From an uncultured delta proteobacterium (GTDB lineage Bacteria; Desulfobacterota; BSN033; UBA1163), in contig CAVPSJ010000014.1 of assembly GCA_963708295.1 (NCBI GenBank), forward strand, positions 128,001-192,000: DNA of 64,000 bases, given 5' to 3'. A program made the translations under genes and the position numbers. Positions within the stretch are counted from its first letter, which is position 1. Each line of letters begins with the position of its first letter. The notes beneath the pieces are model-generated. The model was not told the origin of the DNA, did not search any database, and was given only the letters and a program-made list of their open reading frames with translations. Positions 20,791-30,969 of this stretch are shown here, piece after piece.

Positions 20791-21660
20791 GTGTTTTCAA
20801 CCATCTTAGATGTAGTCATTGGCGGCCTAATCATGGGGGGCATCTACGCCCTGATCGCCGTGGGGCTCGGCCTTCAGTATGGTGTTGGACGAGTACTGAA
20901 CGTCTCTCATGGCGAGTTCATTATGATCGGTGCCTTTGCCACTTGGTCGTTATACACATTATTGGGGATTAGCCCTTTGCTCTCTCTTGTCATTTGCGGT
21001 CCTGTTCTGTTCATTATCGGTTTTTTAATTCACAGAACTCTCTTTCAATATTTGAGAGATCAATCGGAATCGATAGGCGCTTTTGCGGATAGCTCCCTCT
21101 TAGCCTCCTTTGGTCTCCTCTTCATTATTCAGAATGTGGCATTATTAATATGGAAGGCTGACATAAGAGGGTACTCCTATTTGGATTCCTCAATAAGTAT
21201 TTTTGATGCCATATTTGCGGTCAATCGCTTAGTCGCCCTTTTGTTTGCTGTCGTCATCAGCTCGGTCTTCTATATCTTTCTAACACGTACACGCCTGGGA
21301 AAAGCGATTAGGGCCGCCGCGGAAGACCCCGTGACAGCCCAGGTGATGGGGGTAAACATTCATCGAGTGTTGGCGATCTGCTTTGGTCTGGGGGCGTTGA
21401 TGGCTGGTTTTGCAGGTCCTCTGATCAGCATGATCTACGAGATTCAACCAACGATGGGCCTCGAGTATACCATCATTGCCATTATCGTTGTCGTCCTGGG
21501 CGGATTAGGAAGTATCACCGGCAGTTTAATCGGCGGTTTTATTCTGGGACTTATCGGCAGCATCGTGACCTATTTCGACGCAGGTTTATCGTTGGTTGCC
21601 TACTATGTTATCTTTATACTGCTGCTCCTGATCAGGCCAACAGGTATTTTGGGAAAATAG
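20791..21660 (+). CDS. LIV-type ABC permease (LivH-like)
   Basis: GGIYALIAVGL, N.SHGEF, TRLGKAIRA, VVLGGLGS, RPTGILG. Confidence 0.92.
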   Translation: MFSTILDVVIGGLIMGGIYALIAVGLGLQYGVGRVLNVSHGEFIMIGAFATWSLYTLLGISPLLSLVICGPVLFIIGFLIHRTLFQYLRDQSESIGAFADSSLLASFGLLFIIQNVALLIWKADIRGYSYLDSSISIFDAIFAVNRLVALLFAVVISSVFYIFLTRTRLGKAIRAAAEDPVTAQVMGVNIHRVLAICFGLGALMAGFAGPLISMIYEIQPTMGLEYTIIAIIVVVLGGLGSITGSLIGGFILGLIGSIVTYFDAGLSLVAYYVIFILLLLIRPTGILGK

Positions 21661-21664
21661 AGAA

Positions 21665-22615
21665 ATGGACCGTATCCGAGTGACCACTCAAAGACTCTTT
21701 CCCTTTGGAACAATTTTCTTAATCCTCATCCTATTAGCAACTCTCCCTCTTTATGTCCAGCCTTATCTTGTGATATTACTGACCACCATCCTCATGTATG
21801 TCATCATTACGGTAAGCTGGACAATCTTCTCCGGACCTACCCGCTACATTTCTCTCGCATCCGCCGCCTTCTTCGGGGTCGGCGTATATACCTCGGCTTT
21901 ACTAGGGAAAGCATTCCCCCTGCCTGTTGTTATTGTTGCAGGCAGTCTATTCAGTTTCATACTTGCCCTTTGTATTGGCCTTCTAACCTTGAGGCTAAGA
22001 GGCATGTATTTCATCATATTCACTTTCTCGATCACTGAGCTCATGAGACACTTCCTCCTATGGTGGGAGACGACCATGACGGGTACGGTTGGCAGGTGGG
22101 TTGTCATCGTGGACCACACGGTTGTCTATTACGTCATGCTCGTCATTTTCGTCTTGGTGCTGCTTGCTGCTCACCTCATTAGACGCTCCAGATTCGGGTT
22201 AGCCTTGAGAAGTATCGGGGAACAAGAGGAGGCGGCAACTCACATCGGTATCAATGCAACTTTAGTGAAGACGATCACCTTTGCCATCAGCGCCTTCTTC
22301 ATGGGAGCGACGGGGGCGATCATGGCGACAAAATGGAAGTACATTGACCCAAGAATTGCCTTTGATCCCCTTCTTTCTTTTATGCCTGTTCTTATGGCAA
22401 TCTTCGGAGGTACGGGGCAACTTTTTGGTCCTGTCTTCGGAGCCGCCGTTTTTGCCTACTTAGAAGAAGTACTGACAACGAAGTTCCCCTACTATTATAT
22501 GCTCCTTTTCGGCAGTATCTTGATCGTCGTTATCTTGTTCCTGCCTCATGGTATGGTAGGGTTGGTGCAAAAGTGGCGGAAAGGGGGTTTGAAGCGGCAG
22601 AATGCAAATCCTTGA
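21665..22615 (+). CDS. LIV-type ABC permease (LivM-like)
   Basis: SL..AAFFGVGVY, LRLRG.YF, SRFGLALRSI, FGGTG..FGP, FLPHG. Confidence 0.92.
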   Translation: MDRIRVTTQRLFPFGTIFLILILLATLPLYVQPYLVILLTTILMYVIITVSWTIFSGPTRYISLASAAFFGVGVYTSALLGKAFPLPVVIVAGSLFSFILALCIGLLTLRLRGMYFIIFTFSITELMRHFLLWWETTMTGTVGRWVVIVDHTVVYYVMLVIFVLVLLAAHLIRRSRFGLALRSIGEQEEAATHIGINATLVKTITFAISAFFMGATGAIMATKWKYIDPRIAFDPLLSFMPVLMAIFGGTGQLFGPVFGAAVFAYLEEVLTTKFPYYYMLLFGSILIVVILFLPHGMVGLVQKWRKGGLKRQNANP

Positions 22616-23321
22616 AGGGAAAAATGTCACGAAACACTTTGGCGGGCTGGCCGCTGTGCATCAGGTTGACTTCGACATCCAGCAAGGGGAGGTCGTAGGA
22701 CTGATCGGTCCGAACGGGGCAGGTAAAACAACCCTTTTCAATTTGATCTCCGGCTCTCTCCCGACAACAGGAGGAGAAATAAGATATAAAGGTAAGAAAA
22801 TAACCGGGCTGAAACCCCATCAAATCTGCAAAAAGGGAGTAGCCAGAACTTTTCAATCCGCTAAACTCTTCTCCGGAATGAGCGTTTTTGAAAATGCACT
22901 CGGAGCCTCCTTGTTCGGGACGAAAAGGGCCATCTCTGTCCCCGATGCCAGGAGGGAAGCGGCGGAATTACTGGAGTTTGTCGAGCTGTCAACGGTGAGA
23001 GAGATGCTCGCCAAAGACCTGCCGATCGCTGATCGAAAGCGTCTTGAAGTTGCTCGAGCATTGGCTACGAAGCCAGATCTACTGATGTTCGACGAGGTGA
23101 TGGCGGGGTTGAACCCTACCGAGATCGCTCAGGCGATGGAGCTGATCACAGAGATTCGGAAAAAGGGGATAACCATTTTCATGATCGAACATGTGATGAA
23201 GGCCATTATGAACGTTTGCGATCGAATCATCGTGCTCCATCATGGCAGTAAGATTGCGGAAGGAACGCCTGGGGAGATTGCTACCAGCCGGACAGTTATT
23301 GAAGTATATTTAGGGGAATAA
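22602..23321 (+). CDS. LIV-type ABC ATPase (LivG-like)
   Basis: GPNGAGKTT, ARTFQ, DEVMAGLN, IEH. Confidence 0.93.
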   Translation: MQILEGKNVTKHFGGLAAVHQVDFDIQQGEVVGLIGPNGAGKTTLFNLISGSLPTTGGEIRYKGKKITGLKPHQICKKGVARTFQSAKLFSGMSVFENALGASLFGTKRAISVPDARREAAELLEFVELSTVREMLAKDLPIADRKRLEVARALATKPDLLMFDEVMAGLNPTEIAQAMELITEIRKKGITIFMIEHVMKAIMNVCDRIIVLHHGSKIAEGTPGEIATSRTVIEVYLGE

Positions 23322-23322
23322 G

Positions 23323-23419
23323 CCCCGTTAGAAAAGACGGGACATTGACTCTGCCCTTTCGATGAATCATTGAAGTGTTGGCGATATTATCCTTGTATGA
23401 GTGCAACTTTCTAACGGGG
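23323..23419. mobile_element. MITE-like element, family B (TIR CCCCGTTAGAAA...TTTCTAACGGGG)
   Basis: Perfect 12-bp terminal inverted repeat between livG and livF; related element at 51465-51661. Confidence 0.7.
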
Positions 23420-23426
23420 TAAACCC

Positions 23427-24131
23427 ATGCTGGCAGTCAACCATATCGATGCTTTCTATGGAAGGGTTCAGGCCCTATGGGATGTTACCTTAAGAATCAA
23501 TGAAGGAGAAATCGTTGCCTTGGTGGGCGCCAATGGAGCCGGCAAAACGACATTACTCAATATCATATTCAGGCTCCATCGCCCGGCTTCAGGAACGGTG
23601 GAGTTTCTGGGGAGGCGGATAGATGGCCTGGCACCTCACCACATTGGGGAGCTGGGTATCTCTTATGTTCCGGAAGGCGGCAGGCCCTTTAGGGAAATGA
23701 CCGTACGTGAGAATCTGGAAATGGGTGCTTATGTTTATGAAGCCTGGAAACAGAAGGAAGAGACGCTCAGCCAGGTTTATAATATGTTTCCAAGGTTGAA
23801 AGAAAGACAGAGACAGTTAGTCGGGACACTGAGTGGTGGCGAACTTCAAATGGTAGCCATCGGGCGAGGGTTAATGTCAAGACCAAAGCTGTGCGTTTTT
23901 GATGAACCCTCCTATGGCTTGGCACCCCTCTTGGTAAAAGAAATCTTTCGTATCGTACAGGGGCTTCACGAACGGGGGATTGCCATCTTGCTGATTGAGC
24001 AGAATGTCCGCCAGACCCTGGAGATAGCGGACAGGGCTTACGTGCTCGAAAATGGCCGGATCGTCTCAGAAGGGAAAAGTGGAGAGCTTCTGCAAGACGA
24101 TCACATCAAGAAGGCCTATCTAGGTTTATAA
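23427..24131 (+). CDS. LIV-type ABC ATPase (LivF-like)
   Basis: GANGAGKTT, VPEG, LSGGE.QM, DEPS.GLAP, IEQN. Confidence 0.93.
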   Translation: MLAVNHIDAFYGRVQALWDVTLRINEGEIVALVGANGAGKTTLLNIIFRLHRPASGTVEFLGRRIDGLAPHHIGELGISYVPEGGRPFREMTVRENLEMGAYVYEAWKQKEETLSQVYNMFPRLKERQRQLVGTLSGGELQMVAIGRGLMSRPKLCVFDEPSYGLAPLLVKEIFRIVQGLHERGIAILLIEQNVRQTLEIADRAYVLENGRIVSEGKSGELLQDDHIKKAYLGL

Positions 24132-24301
24132 TGGCAGGCCGGTTAAGAATTCCCCTGGGGGGACCATCATAGGCAACGGGTGTTTCTTCTCCAATCTGGC
24201 CAACCAGAAGAAATTCGAGAAGGCTCTATTCTTGTTGAAAAGGAGCTTTCAGCTGTCCTATCATTGAAGAAATTGCATCCAATGATGTTCGGTGAGGACA
24301 A

Positions 24302-25036
24302 TTGGAGATTTATAGGCTTCTTGAGGCAGAAGGGATAACAAAACATTTTGGGGGATTATCTGTCCTTCAGGATGTCACCCTAAACATCGATCAAGGGGAA
24401 ATTGTTGGGCTCATCGGGCCAAACGGAGCAGGGAAAACTACCCTTTTCAATGTCATCACCGGCATTTTCCGTCCGAATGAAGGCATGATTCGGTTCAATG
24501 GGAAAAATTTGGTGGGCCTAAAGCCCCACCAAATTTGTCGAAGAGGCATTGCCAGAACCTTCCAACTGGTAAGGGTCTTTCCCGATATGACCGCCATTGA
24601 AAACGTCCTTGTGGGAGCCATCTATGGCAAGGGTGGCATAAAGAAGAGGCCGATGGAAGAGGCCATCGAATGTTTGAAGATATTGGACCTTCTGGAGAAA
24701 AAGGATATCATCTCAGCACACCTGACCTACTCTGACCGAAGATTAGTGGAAATTGCAAGGGCCTTGGCTGCCAAGCCAAAGCTGGCCCTTCTCGATGAAC
24801 CCTTGGCAGGACTCAATCCGACAGAAACCTCTAAAATGGCGTCTTTGATTCAGGAGATACGGGCATCCAGGGGAATTTCCGTCTTATGGATCGAACATAA
24901 AATGGATGCCATCTTCAGCATCTGTGATCGGATTGTGGTTCTTGACTATGGCAAGAAAATTGCTGAAGGCGCCCCTGGAGAAATTGCAACCAACGAAAAG
25001 GTGGTGGAGGCATATCTTGGCGAACCCCCTCAATGA
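24302..25036 (+). CDS. Second LivG-like ABC ATPase
   Basis: GPNGAGKTT, GIARTFQ, LDEPLAGLN, IEH. Confidence 0.92.
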   Translation: MEIYRLLEAEGITKHFGGLSVLQDVTLNIDQGEIVGLIGPNGAGKTTLFNVITGIFRPNEGMIRFNGKNLVGLKPHQICRRGIARTFQLVRVFPDMTAIENVLVGAIYGKGGIKKRPMEEAIECLKILDLLEKKDIISAHLTYSDRRLVEIARALAAKPKLALLDEPLAGLNPTETSKMASLIQEIRASRGISVLWIEHKMDAIFSICDRIVVLDYGKKIAEGAPGEIATNEKVVEAYLGEPPQ

Positions 25037-25756
25037 AAGACATCTTGCTTAAAGTAACCAACCTGGAGGTCTTCTACGGAGATGCCCAGGCCCTATGGGA
25101 TATCAGTTTCTATGTGAATCAGGAAGAAATCTTTTCCATTATAGGAGCAAACAGTGCAGGAAAATCAACTATTCTGAAGATCCATTTCCGGATTGATTCC
25201 TCCTTCTTCCGGTCAAGGAGAGTTCCTTGGATCACGCATTGATGGGGCCGAACCCGATGCCATTGTGGATCTCGGCATATCTCTTGTGCCAAGAGGGAAG
25301 AGGTCTTTTCTCAAAACTTACCGTCTTGGAGAACCTTGAGTTAGGTGCATTTACCAAACGAGCACGGCCTTTTATGAAAGAATCTCTGAAATGGGTGATG
25401 GAGATGTTTCCAATTCTCAAAGAACGAAAGGGCCAGCTTGCTGGAAGGATGAGTGGAGGAGAGCAACAGATGATCGCCATTGGAAGGGCCTTGATGTCCA
25501 GACCAAGACTTCTCATGTTGGATGAACCTTCTCTCGGGCTGGCTCCTCTTGTTGTAAAGTTGATCTTCGAACTCATCCAAACACTCAATGACCAGAAGGT
25601 CACCATTTTGCTTGTGGAGCAAAATATTCATCAGGCCTTAAAAATCGCCCATCGTGCCTTGTCCTCAAGACAGGGAGGGTGACGATGACGGGCAAAGGAG
25701 AGGAACTCTTGACGGACCCTGAGATTCAGAAGGCCTATATGGGTACGCTGAAGTAA
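25033..25756 (+). CDS. Second LivF-like ABC ATPase, three apparent frameshifts (~25179, ~25291, ~25660)
   Basis: GANSAGKST, then SISGLIPPSSG...GISLVP in a second frame, then EGRGLF..MSGGEQQM..DEPSLGLAP, ending IQKAYMGTLK*. Confidence 0.85.
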
Positions 25757-25819
25757 GGCCGTGTGTTCGGTGTGATTGAAAAGATAATTTCAGCAACACC
25801 AACCCAAAGGAGGTACAAC

Positions 25820-26599
25820 ATGTCCTATCCAAAACCGTTCAACCTGGGTGGAAAGGTAGCCCTTGTGACAGGAGCAGCAGGCGGCTTAGGAGTGAGCTTT
25901 GCCGAGGCAATGGCCGAAGCAGGAGCCGATGTGGTTTGTGCTGACATCAATGCGAAAGGCCTCCAAAAAACAGTGAAGAAAATTGAGAAAATCGGGAAGA
26001 AGGGTGTCGCCGTCATTTGTGATGTATCGAAAGAAGAAGATGTTAAAAGAATGATGGAAATCACGATAAACACTTTCGGCCGGTTAGACATCCTTTTTAA
26101 TAACGCCGGGATCGCCGAAGAAGTGCCCAAACCATTGCATGAATACACGACGGAGGAATGGAACCGCATCCTATCGGTCGATCTCCAAGGGGTCTTTTTC
26201 TGTGCGAGAGAAGCCCTTAAGATCATGTTGAAGCAAAAGAGTGGAAAGATTATTAATATCGCATCGATTTGGGGATTGGCAGGATCCTCCAGCATTATGC
26301 CCATACCGGCTTATAATGCGGCTAAAGGAGCGGTGGTCAATCTGACCCGTGAACTCGGACTTGAATATGCGGCCTTAGGTATCAATGTCAATGCAATCTG
26401 TCCGGGTTTCTACCGGACGAACTTGGGAGGCGGCTCAGACGATCCAAGTTTCGTTAAGGTGGTTAAGGAATTTGTTCCCATGGGGAAAATGGCAGAACCG
26501 GAGGATTTAAAAGGGACTGCAATTTATCTGGCCTCTGAGGCTTCTGATTATATGTGTGGTCAAACCATTGTAACCGATGGCGGTATTTTGGCAAAATAG
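25820..26599 (+). CDS. Short-chain dehydrogenase/reductase (gluconate 5-DH/KduD-like) within the ABC operon
   Basis: TGAAGGLG, NNAG, YNAAK; AGGAGG RBS. Confidence 0.92.
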   Translation: MSYPKPFNLGGKVALVTGAAGGLGVSFAEAMAEAGADVVCADINAKGLQKTVKKIEKIGKKGVAVICDVSKEEDVKRMMEITINTFGRLDILFNNAGIAEEVPKPLHEYTTEEWNRILSVDLQGVFFCAREALKIMLKQKSGKIINIASIWGLAGSSSIMPIPAYNAAKGAVVNLTRELGLEYAALGINVNAICPGFYRTNLGGGSDDPSFVKVVKEFVPMGKMAEPEDLKGTAIYLASEASDYMCGQTIVTDGGILAK

Positions 26600-26692
26600 T
26601 AGACTGGTAAAGCCGACTTACAGGTAAAATGACCTTTTGACCAACTCGCCAGACGCCCAGAAGACTTACAGGGGGACACAGGGGCAAAATTC

Positions 26693-28591
26693 ATGTTAGA
26701 TTACCTTTCTTTTAACCTCCTCGCGCAGCTTTCTATAAACGGCATCCTTTTCGGGACAATGTATGGTATAGCAGCCATTGGACTTAGCCTCATCTTTGGG
26801 ACGATGCAGATTATATTTCTCGCCCAGGGGACGATGATCATTTTGGCTGCCTTTTTTTGTTTTTGGATGTTTTCAATCTACTCCATAGATCCCTATCTCT
26901 CTCTCCTGATCATCATTCCTGCCTCTCTCGTCTTCGGCCGGGGATTTTATGAAGTTGTTTTTAGAAAAGTAGCAGGGTCTAAAATTACTTCTCTCTTGAT
27001 TGCCTTTGGGTTGATGGCCCTCTTAGAGCATCTCATGACGGTGTTGTGGACAGCCAATACCAGGGCGATTAGGACGAACTACACGGCTTATAGTATCACA
27101 GCATTTGGCCTTAAGATCTCCTTTACGCGGCTTATTGCATTTTTTATCGCTCTGCTTTCTGCTTTGGGGGTGACTCTCTTCCTAAAAAAGACGCTCATAG
27201 GAAAAGCCGTCAGGGCGGCTTCGGAGAATCTTGTGTCCTGTAGACTCGTAGGCATCATTCCTCATCAGGTAAACGGGATTACCTTTGCGATCGGCATTGG
27301 CCTCGCGGCAATTGCGGGAATCGCTACGGCAACCACTTACCCTTTCGATCCCTATTCCGGATTCATCTTCAGCCTGAAGGCCATGGTCGCACTCGCCCTG
27401 GGAGGTCTTGGCAGTGTTTGGGGAGCCTTTTTAGGGGGCGTGATCTTAGGTGTCTTGGAGAGCTGGGGATCCTTTTTTATAAGTGGTGGCTGGGCCGATG
27501 CAATATCCTATGCTGTGTTTTTAGGGATTTTGATGTTCAGACCCGAGGGTCTCTTTGGGCGATCATCCGATAAAGCGGGAGAGAGTGCAACATCCTTGGC
27601 GCCTGATGTTACACCGTCTCAAATCATGACCGGATATTGGAACATATCACCAAAAGTCCGCGGGGCCCTTCTATTTTGACGACTTCTGGCCTTTTGTGTT
27701 GTTCCTTTTATCTTTGATACGGAGAAGTCATACGTCATCTATTTCCTATTCCTTGCATTTATCTACATTGCCCTTAGCCAGGCATGGAACTTAATTGCCG
27801 GGTATACGGGACAGGTCTCCCTCGGGCATCATGCCTTCTTCGCAATTGGTGCCTATGTGACAGGGATGATATGGGTCCATAAATTGACGGGAACAGGATA
27901 TTATTTTGATCCGGTGACCATGTTTCTCAGCGGACTTGGATCAGCGATTTTTGCGGTGCTCATCGGCATTCCGCTTCTTTCAAAACTTCGAGGAGATTAC
28001 TTCGCTCTTGGAACCCTGGGACTGGGCGAAATCCTCAGAGTCCTCTTTATCAAGGGTGGAAGTTTCACAGGTGGAGCGGTGGGACTCATGCTCCCCTCAG
28101 GCATATACACATCTATGATGCCTTATTATTTTACCGGCCTGTTTTTGGCTTTATTAGCGACGGGAATTACGTATTCCATGGTCAGATCACGGATAGGTCT
28201 CGCTCTGAGGGCAATTCATCAAGATGAAATTGCTGCTGCAGCCAACGGCATCCATATCCTGAAGTATAAGGTTTTGGCCTTTGCCGTCGGTGCTTTTTTA
28301 GCGGGACTCTGCGGCAGTCTCCAAGGATATTACCTTTTTCATATTCACCCTGAAGGATTTTTAAACCTGAACTGGACACTTTATCCTATCCTCATGTGTG
28401 TATTAGGAGGGATTGGAACGATCGTAGGCCCTATCATAGGAGCTGTGTTCTTAACAGGCGTATTCTCTCTGGCAAACATCTATTTGCCTGAAATTCACCC
28501 CATTTTCTCGGGTGCTCTGATCATTGTCGTGATGCTGTTTTTGCCCAACGGGGTGGTTCGGCTCAGAATCCGAAAGAAACACCTTGGCTAA
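26693..28591 (+). CDS. Probable fused LivH-LivM permease interrupted by an in-frame TGA at 27677-27679
   Basis: LivH motifs to RPEGLFG; the same frame continues after TGA as RLLAFCVVPF...WNLIAGYTGQVSLGH into the 27857 ORF. Confidence 0.75.
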
Positions 28592-28792
28592 GGGTGTTGC
28601 AGATAAATCTTAGTGCGCGTGCAGCTTAATACATGACCCTTAAATCAAAATCATCTTGCAATATAGATGCATTTTTGTGCTACACCATTCAGGAGGAAAG
28701 GGGGTGACAGGTTTCAAGAGATGATGATAGAAGGTCGGTGTTTGAGGTTTTAAACAGAGTGATCAATATTAAGAAAGGAAGGAGGTTTTGAG

Positions 28793-30015
28793 ATGAGTAA
28801 AAAGAGGACATTGAGACATTTAGGGTTATGTGTTTTTATTCTTACTGCATGTCTTGTCTCATTTAATGGTGCTTCTGCCCAAGAGAGGAAAGAGATCCTC
28901 ATTGGTGCTCCCCTTTCACTGAGTGGGATCCTGGCCATGGATGGGATTGAACAGCAATGGGCTTATGAGCAGTCGGTCAATGATATCAACAAGACCGGCG
29001 GCATTTTCGTCAAGGAATTCAACAAAAAGCTCCCGATAAAGCTTGTGGTGGCAGACGATGAGAGTGACTCCGGGTAAAGCAGCGGCTGCAGTGGAAAAGC
29101 TCATCAAGATTAACAATGTTGACTTGCTTCTCTCAACACATTCTACTCCTTTGGTTCTCCCGACCTGTGTGACGGCCGAGAAATATAAAAAACTTTATCA
29201 TGCCACCACCATATGGCCCCCCTTATGGGCAGAACAAAAATTCAAATGGTCCACCGCGTTTTTCTTTACACCGATGCAGGGGAGCGAGGTTCCATTTCTA
29301 ATATTTAAATCCTTGCCTGAATCTGAGAGACCGAAGAACCTGGCCCTCTTGATGGAGGACTCCATTGACGGACAGGCTTTTGGTGGAACCTTCAGGGAGA
29401 ATGCAAAAAAATACGGGTACACGTATGCCCTAGATGAGCCCTGGGCCGTGGGCGCAAAGGACTATTCATCCCAGATCCTGAAAGCAAAGGCCAAGAAAGT
29501 CGATGCCATGTTCATTTTTGGGTCTCCTCAGGACAGTATTACGTTGGTGAGGCAGATAAAAGAAAATGGGCTGAATGTGAAATATATCCATGGATGGAAA
29601 GGGACCTGGACCTCGGAGTTCTGGAGCGCCCTGGGCAAGGATGCGCAATATGTCATGCTGGATGGATTCTGGTCGGAATCCTATCCCTACCCCGGCGCCA
29701 AGGAACTTGGAGAAAGATATACCAAGAAGTTTAATAAGCGGTCTGTCAGTACCGGACTCTATTATGCGCTTGCACAGATCCTTTGGCAGGCCATCGAGAA
29801 GGCTGGCTCACTCGATTCAGCCAAGGTCAGACAGGCGATTGCCGGAAGGGAGTTTAAGGGAACGGTCATGGGCAATGTGAAATACGATAAGGACTGGGTT
29901 AGCTCTTTGCGAAAGCACAGGTAATCAGTGGTGGGACGGGAAACAGATGTTAGTGTACCCCTTTGTCAAAGGCGCCTGGAAGGTTAGAATGGCACCGCCG
30001 TGGGACAAGAGGTAA
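28793..30015 (+). CDS. Second LIV-type ABC substrate-binding protein, frameshifts near 29069 and 29895
   Basis: Signal peptide, IGAPLSLSG, DDESD/PGKA junction; C-terminus continues as GLALCESTGNQWWDGKQMLVYP...PPWDKR*. Confidence 0.85.
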
Positions 30016-30116
30016 CTTTTTTAATGATTCGCTCAGCGGGGAGATAAGGCAAACCGATCTCCCCGCTGCGGACCTAAAGATGACGTTCAACGGCAGATCC
30101 GTAAGGAGGGATTATA

Positions 30117-30881
30117 ATGAAGTTAAAAAACAAAGTTGCCATTATTACAGGAGCTGGCCGGGGCATTGGGGCAGCCTTTGCTGTGGGTTTTGCAAAAGAA
30201 GGGGCGAAAATCGTCGTCGGTGACATCTTAGACGGGAAAGAGACTCTCGATGCTGTTGAGAAATCAGGCAGTAAGGCTATCTTTGTGAAGACCGACGTCA
30301 GCAAACAGGATCAATGCGATTTGTTAGCAAAGACAGCCTTGGATCACTTCGGTTCTATCGACATTTTAGTTAATAATGCAGGGTTGTTTGCCAATATCAT
30401 TCTAAGGCCTTTTACCGAAATATCGACGGAAGAGTGGATGCATGTGATGGAGGTAAACACTGCGGGTCCTTTCCACTGCACCAAGGCTGTTTTTCCTTAC
30501 ATGAAAGAAAAGGGAGGTAAGATCATCAACCTCTCCTCTGCATCTATTTTTGAAGGTGTTCCAGGGATGCCTCATTATGTCGCTTCAAAGGGAGCGATTA
30601 TGGCCTTTACCCGCTCCATGGCTCGGGAGTTGGGCCCTTACAACATTAATGTAAATTCGATCGCTCCCGGTTTTACACATTCTCCTGGCGGGGATCGGTT
30701 CGACAAGAACAAAGCTCTGCCCATCGGTCCTCTCGACGAAATACAACTCCCCCTGAGATGCCTCAAAAGAGCAGCTTATCCGGAAGACATTGTCGGAACC
30801 GCGATTTTTCTGGCTAGCGATGATAGTAACTTCATCACGGGACAGTTGATCGTACACGATGGTGGGATGTCCTTTCATTAA
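30117..30881 (+). CDS. Short-chain dehydrogenase/reductase (paralog of 36135-36896)
   Basis: TGAGRGIG, NNAG, HYVASKG. Confidence 0.93.
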   Translation: MKLKNKVAIITGAGRGIGAAFAVGFAKEGAKIVVGDILDGKETLDAVEKSGSKAIFVKTDVSKQDQCDLLAKTALDHFGSIDILVNNAGLFANIILRPFTEISTEEWMHVMEVNTAGPFHCTKAVFPYMKEKGGKIINLSSASIFEGVPGMPHYVASKGAIMAFTRSMARELGPYNINVNSIAPGFTHSPGGDRFDKNKALPIGPLDEIQLPLRCLKRAAYPEDIVGTAIFLASDDSNFITGQLIVHDGGMSFH

Positions 30882-30969
30882 ATGGACTGAACGTCTTTAA
30901 CGGAGCCGAGCATCATTGATTGGCAAGGGAGAATAAAAAAATAGGGTTTGAAAGGAGGATCATCATCAC

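Noticed and set aside
27677-27679. In-frame TGA as selenocysteine
   Set aside because: It lies in a permease linker/TM segment with no redox motif or evident SECIS; an indel pair explains it given the local error rate
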